From Octopus vulgaris (taxonomy: Eukaryota): 64,000 nt of DNA. Where the stretch lies: assembly GCA_951406725.2 (NCBI GenBank), contig OX597817.1, positions 128,030,001 to 128,094,000 of the forward strand, written 5' to 3'. Under the pieces are notes generated by a model. It made no database searches. It was not told the origin of the DNA and saw only the letters and a list, made by a program, of their open reading frames with translations. The translations under genes and the position numbers were made by a program. Below, in pieces: positions 26,548 through 40,490 of this stretch. Each line of letters starts with the position of its first letter. Positions within the stretch are counted from its first letter, which is position 1.

Positions 26548-26779
26548 AGGCGGCGAGCTGGTAGAAACGTTAGTATGCCAGGCGAAATGCGTAGCCGTAT
26601 TTCGTCTGTCGTTGCGTTCCGAGTTCAAATTCCGCCGAGGTCGACTTTGCCTTTCATCCTTTCGGGGTCGATAAATTAAGTATCAGTTACGCACTGGGGT
26701 CGATGTAATCGACTTAATCCCTTTGTCTGTCCTTGTTTGTCCTCTCTGTGTTTAGCCCCTTGTGGGTAGTAAAGAAATA
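26548..26779 (+). mobile_element. SINE family A, full length with 10-bp TSD
   Basis: TSD tatattgtga at 26538-26547 and 26780-26789. A/B-box head and central gcctttcatcctttcggggtcgataaattaagta domain. Confidence 0.9.
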
Positions 26780-27049
26780 TATATTGTGAGCATCACTTGA
26801 ACCTAGTCTCCTATAATTACTGACTTTGTACCAATATTTAAAACCAATATTTTCGCTAGACACTAATGCCTAGCAATATCGGTGCAAGACCGCTGACACA
26901 TCTTAAATAAAAGTTGATAGCGCGAGGAGAATAAGCATGCAGACGCTTCTTGAAAAAGTAAAAAAAAAAAGTCTTAAACTCTTGCCCAACTAAAACATAC
27001 TTGTGCAGATGTATAGACAGAGTTAATGGACGGGGACCCTATATGCACA

Positions 27050-27085
<36 letters not shown>

Positions 27086-27108
27086 TGTGTGTCTATTGGT
27101 GTATGTGT

Positions 27109-27198
<90 letters not shown>

Positions 27199-27748
27199 CG
27201 GGAAAGACGGAGGGAGGTAGATATTAAAATATACGTCTTGTCCATTAATCCATCTTATAGATATAGCATCGTCCCCGTCATAGACGATATCAATCACAAC
27301 TTTCGCATATTCACACGCACACACACACACATATACACACACATACACGTTCACTCACTCACTTCCACACCATCACACCGCAATGTGCTTAAACTATCGC
27401 TACACACGCGAAGTCTATTTCACTTATATATCAAGTTACTATCTATACTTAATGCATAAATATTTGCACACATTAACGCTATTCACTCGTCAGTGTTATT
27501 ATTAATACAGCGCTTAGTCAGGATATACACATCTATTTAATGATCCATTCTTTGAACCCACACTGTTTTGGATATTCGTCAATATCAAAATACATAGAAC
27601 AACAATAACAACAACAACAATACCAACAAAAACAATGAAACACATCAATGAAATACAACAACAGAAACAATAAAAATAAGCAACAAATAGAATACTTAAT
27701 AAGAGTAACAATCACAAAACAAACAAAATTACTGCAAATCAATGTCTC

Positions 27749-27762
27749 GTTGCTATGGCGAC
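27749..27762. promoter_or_regulatory. Candidate RFX X-box
   Basis: GTTGCTATGGCGAC is a near match to the palindromic X-box GTTGCCATGGCAAC and sits in non-repeat sequence. Confidence 0.3.
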
Positions 27763-28208
27763 TTTGAACAGCCTCTCTTTACTTTGTCAGCCACTTAGCA
27801 GCTAACATTATCGGATGCTATCTCCCAGGTATTAACGTTGCTTTTTTTTTTTTTCTTATTGATTATATAATCAAACACGAGAGATTGCGTATGCGCGTGT
27901 CCAGATACGAGCGTATGAAAGAGAGATGGAAAAGCTGAGAAAGAAAGACAAACGGATACTTGTGCGTGCGTCTGTGAGTGTGTGTGTGTGTGTGCGCGTA
28001 AGTGTATGTGTGTGTGTGTGTGTGAATGTGTGTGTGTGTGTATGTGTGTGTGTGCTGACGCTGAGATGAATGTGTGTATAAACTATGCATGCATGTTGTT
28101 TTCTGTATGTGCTTGTTTATATGTGTGAGCTTAACACATTTACTTGCGTTCATATCAATTATCACTCTGTTTACATATCTTACTATTCAGTTCTTGGTCA
28201 TCTATCTC

Positions 28209-28244
<36 letters not shown>

Positions 28245-28405
28245 CCTCTTACTCTCAATCTATCTATCTCTCTCTCTCTCTACCTCTTACTCTCACTCTC
28301 TCATACATACATGCATATATGCATATATGTATATATGTATGTATGTATGTATGTATGTAAGCATGCATGTATGTATGTATGTATGTATGTATGTATGCAT
28401 GCATG

Positions 28406-28439
<34 letters not shown>

Positions 28440-28902
28440 TGTATGTATGTATGTATGTATGTATGTATGTATGTATGTATGTATGTATGTATGTATGTAT
28501 GTATGTATGTATGTATGTATGCTTGTTTCTATGAATGCATGTATGTATGTATACCTTTAAGTGTCTCTCACTTTATATGTACACCCTCAGAGATTCACAA
28601 ACACGCATACGTATTTGTTTATCTACTTTACTCTCTTTCTCTTCCTGTCTTTTTTTCGTTGTCTCTCCTTGTACATATGTGCATCTGTGTGTGTGTATAT
28701 ATATATATATGTGTGTGTGTGTGCGCATGTATGTGTGTACATACATATATACAAATATATGTATGTACATGGTGTTAAAAGTAAGTTAAAAGCATATTTA
28801 TATTTACATGCATACGCGCGGACATAGACACGAGTGTTTATGTGTGAATGTGTGTGAGTGTGCACACACACACACACACATATATATATTTAGATATGCA
28901 TG

Positions 28903-29062
<160 letters not shown>

Positions 29063-30616
29063 TATATGGGAATATATACGTGTGTGTAGCTGTGTATGTA
29101 TGCATGTGTGTCTCTCTGGGTCGGTGTGCACGATGTATGTTTGAATTAAATTCAAAACATTCTAAAACTATTTCATACTGCCCGACCACATACTGAGAGT
29201 ACAGTTGTCTACGACAAAAGAAACATGACAGCAGTCGATACAGGTTCGTGGCAGAAATGTCAACAACCCGTTGCATGTATGTCTCTGATAAGTAGGAGCA
29301 GGAATTCTATACATAAAGGTTTCATACAGTTACACACTGTTGGCATTATTGGAAATTCTTCGTTATCAAAAAGACATACTAAAACACAATAATGAAGAGA
29401 AATTGACTGCATTTATCGAACACGTGTGTAAATGCGTATATTTTGTACAAATAGTCTTTGTGGATATGTGTGTATACATACATACACAGAAACACACACA
29501 TACACATATGCACACACACATATATGTATATGTGTGTATATGTATATATGTGTGTGTGCATATACATATGTGTGTATGTATGTAAATATGTATATATGAG
29601 TTTATGTATGTATACGTGTACACACACACTCATGTATGTGTGTGTGCGTCTATATTAATATATATATATATATATAATTATGTGCATCACAGTGAGTATA
29701 GTAGGAGTATAGCGTATTTCATATAGATTGTATATTCTCTGCGTTGTGTTACTTCGGAGATATGTTCACGTGTACCAGCGTCCTATAACAGGCTAAGGGA
29801 GTCTAAAAGATAACCGTAGGATAGATGCATTTTACATCGGGAACAGAGAAAGATAATTTAATAGCCCGCCATACAACCTTGACATGTTTTATATGCTGTT
29901 GCAAGCACAAAAGTTAATGGCAAACATATCTGTCAAGATTAATATGGCTATAAGGGGTGGAGCTACCGGCCTTCTATGAGTTATATTTGAAAACGCCAGC
30001 AAGTTACGTAATGGTTTGAAATGATATAGTTTACGTTTAAGTGACAAGCAGCAAATAAATCGACATACTCTAATAATGAACAAAAAAAAAAAGAACTAAT
30101 TTCAGCGTACGAACACTGTATAAAAATTTTACGATAATTTTGCTCAACAAAAAAACGTTACGCATTAATTGAGAGGCTGGCATATTGTATTTTATTTCAT
30201 CAACTATGGTGAATGTTCGGTGAAGATTGGTGTGCTCAAATTCCAGGTTAATAGCATGAAAGCATCGTTCACAAGAAACGACAAGCACCTTTATACATAC
30301 ATATATACATACATACAAACATACAAATATACATGCTTGCATGCATATATATACATACACTCACAAACACAAATACACACACACATTTATGTATATATTT
30401 GTGTGTATGTATGCATGTATGTAAAAATGTATATTATACGAGCATTGCTGTGGCGTTAGTAAATTTAGGCTTATGGTAATGGAGTATTCATGATTTATCG
30501 TTTTTTAGCTACTATCGTTGTTTGGATCGGTGCAAATTGTGCGTTTGCTCGTAAAATATTTGTCAACCTGTAAAATGTGGTATGCTTCTTTTTGCTGCAC
30601 ACTCTATATGTACATA

Positions 30617-30680
<64 letters not shown>

Positions 30681-30697
30681 TGTGTGTGTTTGTGTGT

Positions 30698-30796
<99 letters not shown>

Positions 30797-31529
30797 TCTT
30801 ATTCCAGAACTGACTGGAACTAAATGTTGTATCGAACTAAAACATGTTCGAAGATATTTTTGAGTAAACACGTTTTGTTTCCGGCTAACCGAATGCAAAA
30901 ATACTCTATTCCTGATTTTGGCTAAGCTTTCGTCCGTTGTTTTCCAACTGTTATGTATGAGTGAGAGAGAGAGGGGGAAGAGAAGGAGAGTAAGAGTGCA
31001 TGCGTGTCTGACACTCTGTGTGTGTGTGTGTGTGTATGTGTGTGTGTGTGTGCTTGGTTATCAGCTTGTGTATGTATTTTGGTTATCGGTAGCAAACCGA
31101 ACGGTGCATGGTTCATTAGAAGCAAGACAATATAATTTCACTATAATCTTGAGCACGCAAGCTTACTAACTTAAATGAGAATTGGTTTCGATAGGCAATT
31201 TCACTTCTTCATTCTACAGCACGATCAACTATTTGATGATTATCTGATGCTCACCGAAGTGTGCAGTTTATATAATTTCATATAACCTACCATGCATGCA
31301 TACATAACAAAACAACTTCCATTGACATCTGTAGCCGATATCAGATGTGTTGTGTTGGCACTTTAGGCTACTGCATCAGCATTTGGGTATCAGCGTGTTT
31401 GTAGTGAATTTAAGCGCTCATGCGCACTTGACAGCATTTCTTTTCGCCCTTCTCCTCCAGTGATCCCGCTCAAAGCTCTTCTGGGAAATTTCGCACATCG
31501 TGTGGAATCTAGTTTCTCTCATCAAAAGC

Positions 31530-31900
31530 CTGATCTGATAATATGTATTTACAAGTCGTACATGGTTTATGACTAGGTAGAATCCTTCAAGTAATTCTGT
31601 TTCGTAGGTTGTCTTCAGAGAATATTGTTTCCAAATATTCGTTCGTGCGTAGGTTGCATGGGTTGCAGCTTCCAGGATAAGATTTTCTTCTTGATAACGT
31701 TTTCCATTGGAGATTGAATGGTATATATTTGGTTTTTATATCATGTACGTGGTTGGCTGCCGCCATTTTCATCTGACTATTAGGGTGTCTAAACTAATAA
31801 TAGTGTGAATTGCACTATGATTTAAAAGTTTTTATGAACATGCTATGAAGCATTTTTATTGAGTATACACATTGAGACAACGTCCTAAGCATTTATGGAA
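31530..31900 (-). pseudogene. Penelope-like element GIY-YIG endonuclease remnant
   Basis: TFKS..FRHP..AANHVHDIK...FNLQWKTL...SYPGSCNPCNLRTNE...NLRNR matches the PLE endonuclease pattern LSxHIWxLK..W.IL..PY..CNLC..EK..LLN.R. Confidence 0.7.
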
Positions 31901-32142
31901 CAATCTACTAAGTTCTAGACCATAGCAAATAAGCGTTACGCTAAATTCTTTTTACATGATAATGTTAGTTACTACACCCAAATAAGTCGTTCTCAAAGCA
32001 ATAGGTGACATGAAAATAATATGGATAGACAGATAGGTAGATAGACAGACAGAGAGACAGATAGATAGATAGACAGACAGACCACACAGACCACATCCAC
32101 CCCAAACTCACATACACAGACGGACGACGGACGGACAGAAAA

Positions 32143-32267
<125 letters not shown>

Positions 32268-33029
32268 CTAGCAGGCAGGCAGATAGACAGACAGGCAGAG
32301 AGATAGGTACATAGGTAGTCATACGAACATGTTCGTATGTATGAATGAATGTATGAATAAATTTGTATGTATATGTAAATACATGGCTGTTATCACCATC
32401 AACACTCACGCTTATGTCATCATTATTTCAAACGTTATCGGACACTCCATAACAATCATCTTTTAAGTTTGTGCTCCTGTCTGTTTGTCTATGTTTCTTC
32501 CTTAATAAAAATACCTCGCTACCTACGTTTGTTCTTAACACATCTCCACAATGTCTTCGGTTAAAAAAAAAAGTCTATTGTTGAGTTCATCGTGTTAATA
32601 TAATATATGTGTCTGTGTATTTAAGTAAATGTATGCATGTATGCTTGTTTCAGCGTATGTATACGTATGTAGCATGTTATGCACATCTCTATAAATATCA
32701 GGTTGAGTAAAATGTAAGCAACGTTTTGAACCATGAAGAATTTGTACCGAATTTTTGCAGAGTTTTGACTTTTTAAAACCTGTTTTGCAATTGTCTGATA
32801 ATACAGACATAAACCTCCCCATCAATAAATTAACATTGATATTTTTTTTCACTCGACTTGTTCGTAAATGTTGTTTGTGGCTTTGTTCGAAAAGTTTGGT
32901 GTAAGTTGTAATATTTGTGTTTAATTGTTGAATTTGCACTGTTGATTCATTATGTTGTTGAACTTTTGTTGAATCTTTTAAATATTATTCTGCTCGTTGC
33001 AGTCCTTTGTTAACGCTTTCCCTCTTGTG

Positions 33030-35233
33030 TACAGGAGAAAAAACATTGTAGTATTTTTCAAAAAAAGAAAAAATGGACAAATCACCTATTAAAACCAAGA
33101 CCTGGTACAAGTGCATGGAAAGATATCAGAAGCGGAGAAGTCAGTACAGTTTTAAACAGCATGCCGATAGGAGAAAAGTTTATTCAAGGAAGAAAAGCTA
33201 GCAATTTTGTAGCGTTTGTGGAAGCGATGAGCTTGGAAAATACAAAGGTATGATGGAAAGGAAGTGGTATACACATCCTTTATGACCGAAGCAAAGAAAA
33301 CTGGATAACGCAAGTAAAGAGGCGGGGGCATAAGTCACAAGAGGAGTGAGGTATGTCCCAATAGAAGTCCGTTTTAAAATCGAGGAACAGGCAAAACAAG
33401 CGTCGACGACACCATTAAAAGGTGGTACTCCTAACTACTTTTCTTGGAAGACGGACTTCCAAGATTAAGGAAGGAGACGTGCCACTTGAAGTTGGCCCCG
33501 CTTGGCTGGTAGCAGCCATAATAAACGGCTCGGGGGATAAGATCACAATTCTCCAAGCCTTAGCGCCGGGACTGCAGAACTGGCAGGAGCAAGGTCTTGA
33601 AATAATTATACAGGCTGCTCCGACTGATTTAGAAAATATTATAGAAACTATGCAGGTAGGGGAGATTAAGCTGCGAATCACGGTAAAGGGAAGGAAGCCT
33701 CGCTGATACAAGTGTGGTGAAAATGGCCACATTATGGTCGAGTACTAAACTCTCCCTGAAAAAGCAGCGACTTCCCCACCTGTAGAAAAATAAACAGAAG
33801 TTGCAGGTGAATCGCATGAAGAAACTTCTGGAAATGAAACAGAGCAGAATTTTTTAAAAAGTCTTCCCCATCCAAAACCACTAGCATTACAACAAAACAA
33901 AAAAAAGCAACAAAGAGAACACACAAGTACAAAAAAATCCTATCCAAAAATGTTCTCCACTCATATAGAGATGGATTATACTGCATTAGTGATGAATAAT
34001 AAGTCACTACTGCAGCAATTAAAAGACATACCCGATTGCGGCCAACATAATCAAAGACTACGAGAGGAAAAACATCCCCCGAAACATGGCAATTTACATA
34101 ATTGACCGAACCAATTATAACATGTTGGCAAATCGATTTAAAATCCGACATGGGTCCTCAGAGGAAGGGCTTTATCCACTAATGTTTGAGGGCATAGTCA
34201 ACGACACCTCGCAAGCTCCGGACGAGAAACAAAAGGAACGAGATGGACATGCCAACCCATCTAAAACTGTAAGTATAACCGCTATGGATATTCTTAATGC
34301 AGGGTGTTTGAATGTATGCAGCCTGGAATCAGAGTGGAAACAAGTGGTTTCCTGAATGATCTCAGGTCGCATTGAATGGATATTATAGTTGCCACAGAGT
34401 CCAGACTCAATAGTCAAAGAGACTTTCCCCCCTCTCCTAAATGGCTACGAGAAAATTATTTCTCCATGCCTACCTGGAGGAGGGAGAGGCGTCGCTGTGC
34501 TGCTCAGAAACACCCTGGATTTAGAGACGAGAACTATCTTCATCGACCTGGTAAGTTGGCCGTACTTGACGTAACACTAAGCAGCAGTAAGGTCTTCAGG
34601 CTGGAAGCTGCCTACGCTCCCTCAGGAACTGGATAGTCCGATTTTTTTTCGAGGCCTGGAAAAGTTTCTTGGGACATCTCATACCATAGTAATGTTAGGT
34701 GACTGCGATGCATGCGTAGATTACGTTAGCTCGTCTACTGATAGGAAGGTAAAAGCGTGCTTCAATAATCTGCTTAGTCGACTTCAGCTGGCAGATAGGT
34801 ACAAACTAGATGTCAAAGACGCTCCATTGTAGACATGGACTAATAGCGATGGGTCATCTAGATCTTATTTAGACATAATTCTAATTAGGGAAAATAGACA
34901 AAACCTAGTTAGTCGTCCACAATTTCACTGTCAGCTACAGTGAACACAAATTTGTGACCTGTAGGCTGGACTTAGATAAGCTACGTAGTCAAGGCTTCGG
35001 CTACTGCAAACTCAATAAGTCACTTTGGCTTACGAGAAGTACAGGAGTCGGATTAGACAGTTAACAATGAGGACATTGTGTGGTGTCATTATTAACAACG
35101 AATGGTGGTATGCCGTCAAAAGAGCCATAACATTTGAGACTATTAGGTATAGCAAAGAGTTAGTGACTAAGAAAAATAGAGTAGAAAGTGCTTTAGTAAG
35201 AGCCCTAGATGAAGCACTGGAATCTAGCTCTTC

Positions 35234-35236
<3 letters not shown>
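33030..35236 (+). mobile_element. 5' part of a decayed Tx1/L1-group LINE (ORF1 plus APE domain of ORF2)
   Basis: ORF1 has a degenerate CCHC knuckle GRKPR*YKCGENGH. ORF2 shows MDILNAGCLNV, DIIVATESRL, YAPSG, TWTNSDGSSRSYLDII and GYCKLNKSL. Many stops and frameshifts; it ends at (TA)n. Confidence 0.8.
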
Positions 35237-35284
<48 letters not shown>

Positions 35285-35287
<3 letters not shown>

Positions 35288-35446
35288 ACGGGCTTATTTC
35301 ATTTTCCGTCCACCACATCCTCTCACAAGACTTTGGTCGGCCCAAGGCTAGAGTAAAAGACATTTACCCAAGGTGCCGCGCAATGGAACTGGATCTGGAA
35401 ACCATGTGATTGTAAAGCAGGCTTCTTACACAGCCACGCCTGTGCT
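35285..35446 (-). mobile_element. SINE family B head/CORE fragment
   Basis: Reverse complement gives gcacaggcgtggctgtgtaagaagc...ccattgcgcggcaccttgggtaaatgtc. Confidence 0.7.
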
Positions 35447-35449
35447 TAA

Positions 35450-35499
<50 letters not shown>

Positions 35500-35512
35500 G
35501 AGAGATACATAC

Positions 35513-35561
<49 letters not shown>

Positions 35562-35562
<1 letters not shown>

Positions 35563-36613
35563 TAGCTGAAGGTGACCCGCTCTACGCGCGGGTAAGAGTG
35601 TGGTTGTTACCTTCTGTTGCTTCCTTTCAGCACGTAAAAAGCACCATGCGAACGTGGCCGATTGCAGCGCCGCCTTGACTGGCTTCTGTGCCGGTGGCAC
35701 GTAAAAAGCACCAACCGATCGTTGCCGCTGCGAGCTCCCCTGGCACCTGTGCCGGCGGCACGAAAAAAGCACCCACTACACTCACAGAGTGGTTGGCGTT
35801 AGGAAGGTCATCCACCTGTAGAAACACTGCCAGATTAGACTGGAGCCTGGTGCAGCCTCCTGGCTTCCCAGACCCCGTTCAAACTGTCCAACCCGTGCTA
35901 GCACGGAAACGGACGTTAAACGATGATGATGATGATTCTCCCTCTTTGTTTCTCTCTCCTTTCTCTCTCACTTTCCCACTCTCTTACTTTTCTTTTCTCT
36001 CAGACTCTCCCTCGCTTTCTCTTACTCTCTATCTTTATCTATCTCTCTCCCATTTATAAACAACAAAAGATCTTGAGTAAGTTGAGAAATGAAATATTTA
36101 GAAAGATCAATCATAAATATCAGGCAGTGATAATGGAAAGGTCTGCTTCAAGGCAGACAGCAAAATGCTAACATTTAAAAGGGACAGACGAACTTGCGAG
36201 CTGAATAAAAATAATAAAATATTGGAAACCAAAGTTTGAAGGGATAGAATCTGATGATAGTAGAGTCACCATGGCTGGCATTTGTTAACGACGGACAGCA
36301 ACGTTTTGACAGTTTAACGGCTGGCGTAAAATTTTGCACTTGATGTAAAAGAAAATTCGTAAACACCAAGTTTTGAAGTGATTCTTTCTCACGACAGTAG
36401 ACTCACTATGGCAAGCATTCAAAACTTCTTCATCATGGACGGCAACACATTGACGATTAAAAGGCTGGCGCAAATTTTTTAGCTTGATGTAACAGAGAAT
36501 TCCTAAACACTCGCTCCTTTAAATTTTAATCCCCTTCCAGCCCCTTTTCATATTTTGGTTAATATAACCCGATTTCATTCGGGCCTGCTGGGGCCACATT
36601 TTATAAGATGAGG
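35562..36613 (-). mobile_element. Non-autonomous Helitron (5' boundary uncertain) with a nested SINE
   Basis: The 3' hairpin acccgcgcgtagagcgggt is followed by CTAG|T at 35562. An internal tandem duplication of about 135 bp lies at 36255-36512. Confidence 0.55.
35627..35936 (+). mobile_element. SINE-like family C with (GAT)n tail
   Basis: Three cacg(t/a)aaaaagcacc subrepeats, the ggttggcgttaggaagg motif, and tail ggacgttaaacgatgatgatgat. Confidence 0.7.
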
Positions 36614-37377
36614 AATTTTGTCCTAGAGGTCACGCCTTTCATTTGAGGAAAAAAATAGTTGTCATGCAAACTTGCCAGCACTTTTAACATAGGTGTGCAT
36701 GTTTTCAGCTGAACCGACCGACCACATAATGCACACATTATATATATATATGTATATATATATGTGTGTGTGTGTGTGCACGCATTATATATACAAATGT
36801 ATACAAATAACATATATATCTGTATAAATTAAATTAGAGATAAAACCACTAATAGACAAATCAAACAGTGAAAAACCAAAAACAAAAATAAAAAATATAA
36901 TATAGAAAATATAGAAAATATAAAATTGAAAAATTTAAATTATTTAAATTGAAATTGAAAATAAAAATTATTAAATTATATTTATAATTTGTTTAAAAAT
37001 ATATATAACTATGAAAAAGTATGAAAAAGTTTAATATACATAAATACAGATATATACACTTTTGTATATATACATTATATATACATATTTATATATAGAA
37101 CACACACACATATATAAATGAATGCAATAAATATCTGATTCATAATATTTGTTCTCATGATTGTGTGTTGTTTGTGGCGATGATAATTCTCTCTATGAAT
37201 GCAGACAGCGAGATAAAGAATGTGTTATAAAGGGAAAGTGAAGGGGAGTTGGAGGGGAAGGGAAGAAATAGCGTGAGTGAGTTGAGGAAGACAAATACGT
37301 AAAAGAACCAAAAAATGCAACAGAAAACAACTGCTTTCTGTTGTATTTTTCAGTTTTTCTGTTTTCTGTTATACTTT

Positions 37378-37934
37378 TCAGTGTTATTGATGGTTTATCT
37401 GGGGATTTTAACTCCACTTTCTAGCAGGTAGGCGTCTCGTGTGTCCTTATGATAAATGTAAATTTTAATTCTATAGCTATGTAACGCTAGTTAACTCCTG
37501 AAACCATCTATATTACTGTTATTGTTATTGCCAATTATTTATATTTACCGCAGACGATAATAGCAATAATAATATCTATATAAATGTTCGCATTTGAATA
37601 TTTATTCTTTATTAATATATTTACCCTGAAGCTGTTCTGATTTTCATGCGAAACAAATCAGAACGCTGGCAGAATTCAACGTGACGAGTTGAATTTTTCC
37701 CTTGGTAAAACTTGCCGAGGAGAGTTAAAGCTTTTTCATCAGAACTCGAAATCATGATACAAGTGTATCCAATTGCCAGACTATATAGCATTTAGCTATA
37801 ATGGTATGTCTAAACTCATTACCCGTTCGCCCGACTACTGTTGTTTTCTATTGTATTTTTCAGTGTCATTGGTGGTTTACCTGGGTGTATTACCTCCACT
37901 TTCTAGCAGATAGGTACCTCGGGTGTCCTTATGA
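37378..37934 (+). repeat. Direct repeats of about 75 bp (37378-37452 and 37860-37934) enclosing a decayed hammerhead-like motif
   Basis: tcagtgt..ggttta..ctccactttctagcag..gtgtccttatga occurs twice. Inside, ctcGAAATCATGATAcaag parallels cttGAAACCATGGTCcaag at 10.7 kb. Confidence 0.55.
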
Positions 37935-38009
37935 AAAATATATAATGAAAGCAAATAGAAAGTTTGCCAGTATGCGCATATGTATGTATGTATACATGTA
38001 TATATATGT

Positions 38010-38084
<75 letters not shown>

Positions 38085-38329
38085 TGTATGTATATATGTG
38101 TGTATGTATGTATATACGAGTGTCTGAGGTTTGTGTGTCAGTGTATAAACTTTTGTATATCTTTTACATATATCTTTGTGTATGTATGTATGTATGTATG
38201 TATGTATGTATGTATGTATGTATGTATGTATGTACGTATATATGTATGTACGTGTGCATGCATGTGTGTGTATGACTGTTTGCTTTTTATTGTAAACACG
38301 AACGATTATGTATCTAATTTCAACTTTTT

Positions 38330-39290
38330 GTTAGAATTTTTCTTTCACCATTACGCATGAGTCTCTTAAAATTCGTTTAGAGCAATAAACTTCTAAATCC
38401 TTTATGACCTTCTATAGAACAAAACAAGCACTAATTAACAACGATTATTCTGACAAACAAATAGACCAAGCCAAAGAGGAATATACACAGAAATACGACG
38501 CGACAATCATATCAGATATTACACATATTAAAAATACACACAACTTTCGCAAGTATACTATGATTCAAATGCCTGTTAACTATTATACAGATGAATCCGC
38601 GTTAATACTTTTATTAGCGGGAACAAATAATACGTAGTAATAGGCCACATACTAATTCTAATAATATTATACAAAAACATTTAAAGCAAAAGTTTCTGTA
38701 TCCACGACAAACCATAGCCATCTAAATCAGAGACACCATTTTAAATGCGTTGCAGGATTTATAAATTTGGAGCTGTAAGACTTCATGACTCGTATTTTAA
38801 CATTAGCCATGGATGTACAACACTTGCTCGTAAGCTCACTATTGACTTCAAACAAAGAGCAACAACAATGCTTATAACACAAGTGTTGTAGTTACTACTT
38901 GCGACTTACAACCTACGTCTTACATCACAATATGATTTACAACGCAATACCAAATTAGACAGGTGGAGCTTTGATAACACGTCTGTTCAATATAACATTT
39001 CCAGGAGGTATAGATTATTAATAATGGAAGCATTCTCCGTATCACAGCAAAATGCTAAAATTAATACGAAGACAACACACATATGCCAAAAACAAATAGA
39101 TATGTGTCTAAGGATGTAAATACCAAACAATTAAATTTCAAATTCCATTGAATCATATTCAGTTGATAAATTCTATATAAATCACATGTACCTATTGTAA
39201 AATGATGCTGTTACACAGACAAATACCGATTTAATTTCTAATGAGGACTCTGTGAAAGTCTAGACACGTTAAAGATTATCATGAATGTAT
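38330..39290 (+). mobile_element. Decayed Penelope-like element 3' half (RT thumb, linker, GIY-YIG, 3' hammerhead remnant)
   Basis: Peptides RTKQALINNDYSDKQID, QMPVNYYTDESAL, LILIILYKN, TTLARKLT and RLLIMEAF...KIN, followed by CTAATGA-ggact/agtct-AGACACGTT at 39238-39270. Confidence 0.7.
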
Positions 39291-39661
39291 TAAGTTTATT
39301 GTCCAAAATGAACTCTAAGTGACCCGTACAAAATTATCGACAACTTAAAGGAAAATTTAAACCCGGATCATAGTCGTGATTTCAAAAAATGATTACAAGA
39401 AAAAGTGAAAAATTCCTATTTTAAGTGTCATACACGGCTGGCCAGGAACGTCATGTTGCTCATTTCCGGTGTCTCTAGCCATCCACGTATGGTGCATAAA
39501 AGAGAAAGGAATTCCATACATAATTAAATGTTTCAGTCAATAGACTGCAGTCATTACGGCCGATCTTAACAACCAGTTTCATACCGGATATTAAGGGTAA
39601 CAGGGTAGTTATCTAATACATATGCCCTTTGTGGATGGTAGATATAGAAAAAATATAACAA

Positions 39662-39739
39662 CAATTGATGTGAGCTAACTGGATGGTTATCCAGAAGAGC
39701 ACTGTATTGGATAACCATCCAGTTAGCTCACATCAATTG
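39662..39739. repeat. Perfect 32-bp-arm hairpin with 14-nt loop
   Basis: caattgatgtgagctaactggatggttatcca (39662-39693) and its exact reverse complement (39708-39739). Confidence 0.95.
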
Positions 39740-39915
39740 CAAAACCAGCTATACTGTATCTAAAATATTGCATACTTTGATGTCCACAAATGTCACTAGG
39801 GTGCCAAAAGCACCTACATTGCTAAAATAGGAGCTAAAATGCTCTAATGTTGTAGTTAACGCACATTAATGAAAACATGGGATTTGAATCGACCGAAAAA
39901 TCCCGATCGAGAATT

Positions 39916-39964
39916 CTCAATACTGACGTCAGTTTCGACAATTTCCGCTGCCTCATCAATTAAG
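39916..39964 (-). ncRNA. Type-I hammerhead ribozyme (C3 changed to U)
   Basis: cttaa-TTGATGA-ggcag cggaaa ttgtc-GAAA-ctgacgtcag-TA-ttgag. Helix III is the palindrome ACTGACGTCAGT. Confidence 0.75.
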
Positions 39965-40170
39965 CCCACTTGATTTCGGCCATTTTCGGACTTATTTCCC
40001 TATCAGTATACATAACTACCTAATCACTTTTAGTGACAATTATAATTCTCAGTTTTGGTGAAACATTGCAGCCTGCTGTTTATATCAATTTTATGTATAC
40101 ACATAAGCGAATCGCTAAATCATCCATTAATTTGGATGAGGAAGTTCGAAAAAGGCCGAGATCGTGTGGG

Positions 40171-40219
40171 CTTAACTGACGAGGCAACGGAAATTGCCGA
40201 GACTGACTTCAGTATTAAG
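40171..40219 (+). ncRNA. Type-I hammerhead ribozyme (GAAA changed to GAGA)
   Basis: cttaa-CTGACGA-ggcaa cggaaa ttgcc-GAGA-ctgacttcag-TA-ttaag, with perfect stems I and II. Confidence 0.75.
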
Positions 40220-40409
40220 AATTCTCGATCGGCATTTTTCGGACGAGTCATGTCCCTTTTAGTGTGTATGTTTTCATTCATGAGCGATAAGTACAGCATT
40301 AAAGCATTTTAGCTCTTATTTCTAGCAATGTAGATGTTTTTTAACACCGTAGTCACATTTCTACATACACACATACATACATACATACATACATACATAC
40401 ATACATACA

Positions 40410-40445
<36 letters not shown>

Positions 40446-40490
40446 TATACATATATATATACAGACACATACGCATATAAGTATATAGAT

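Larger units (their letters stand above)
39806..40342. repeat. Inverted repeat of about 190 bp, each arm carrying a hammerhead
   Basis: 39806-39993 is the diverged reverse complement of 40142-40342. Confidence 0.9.
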
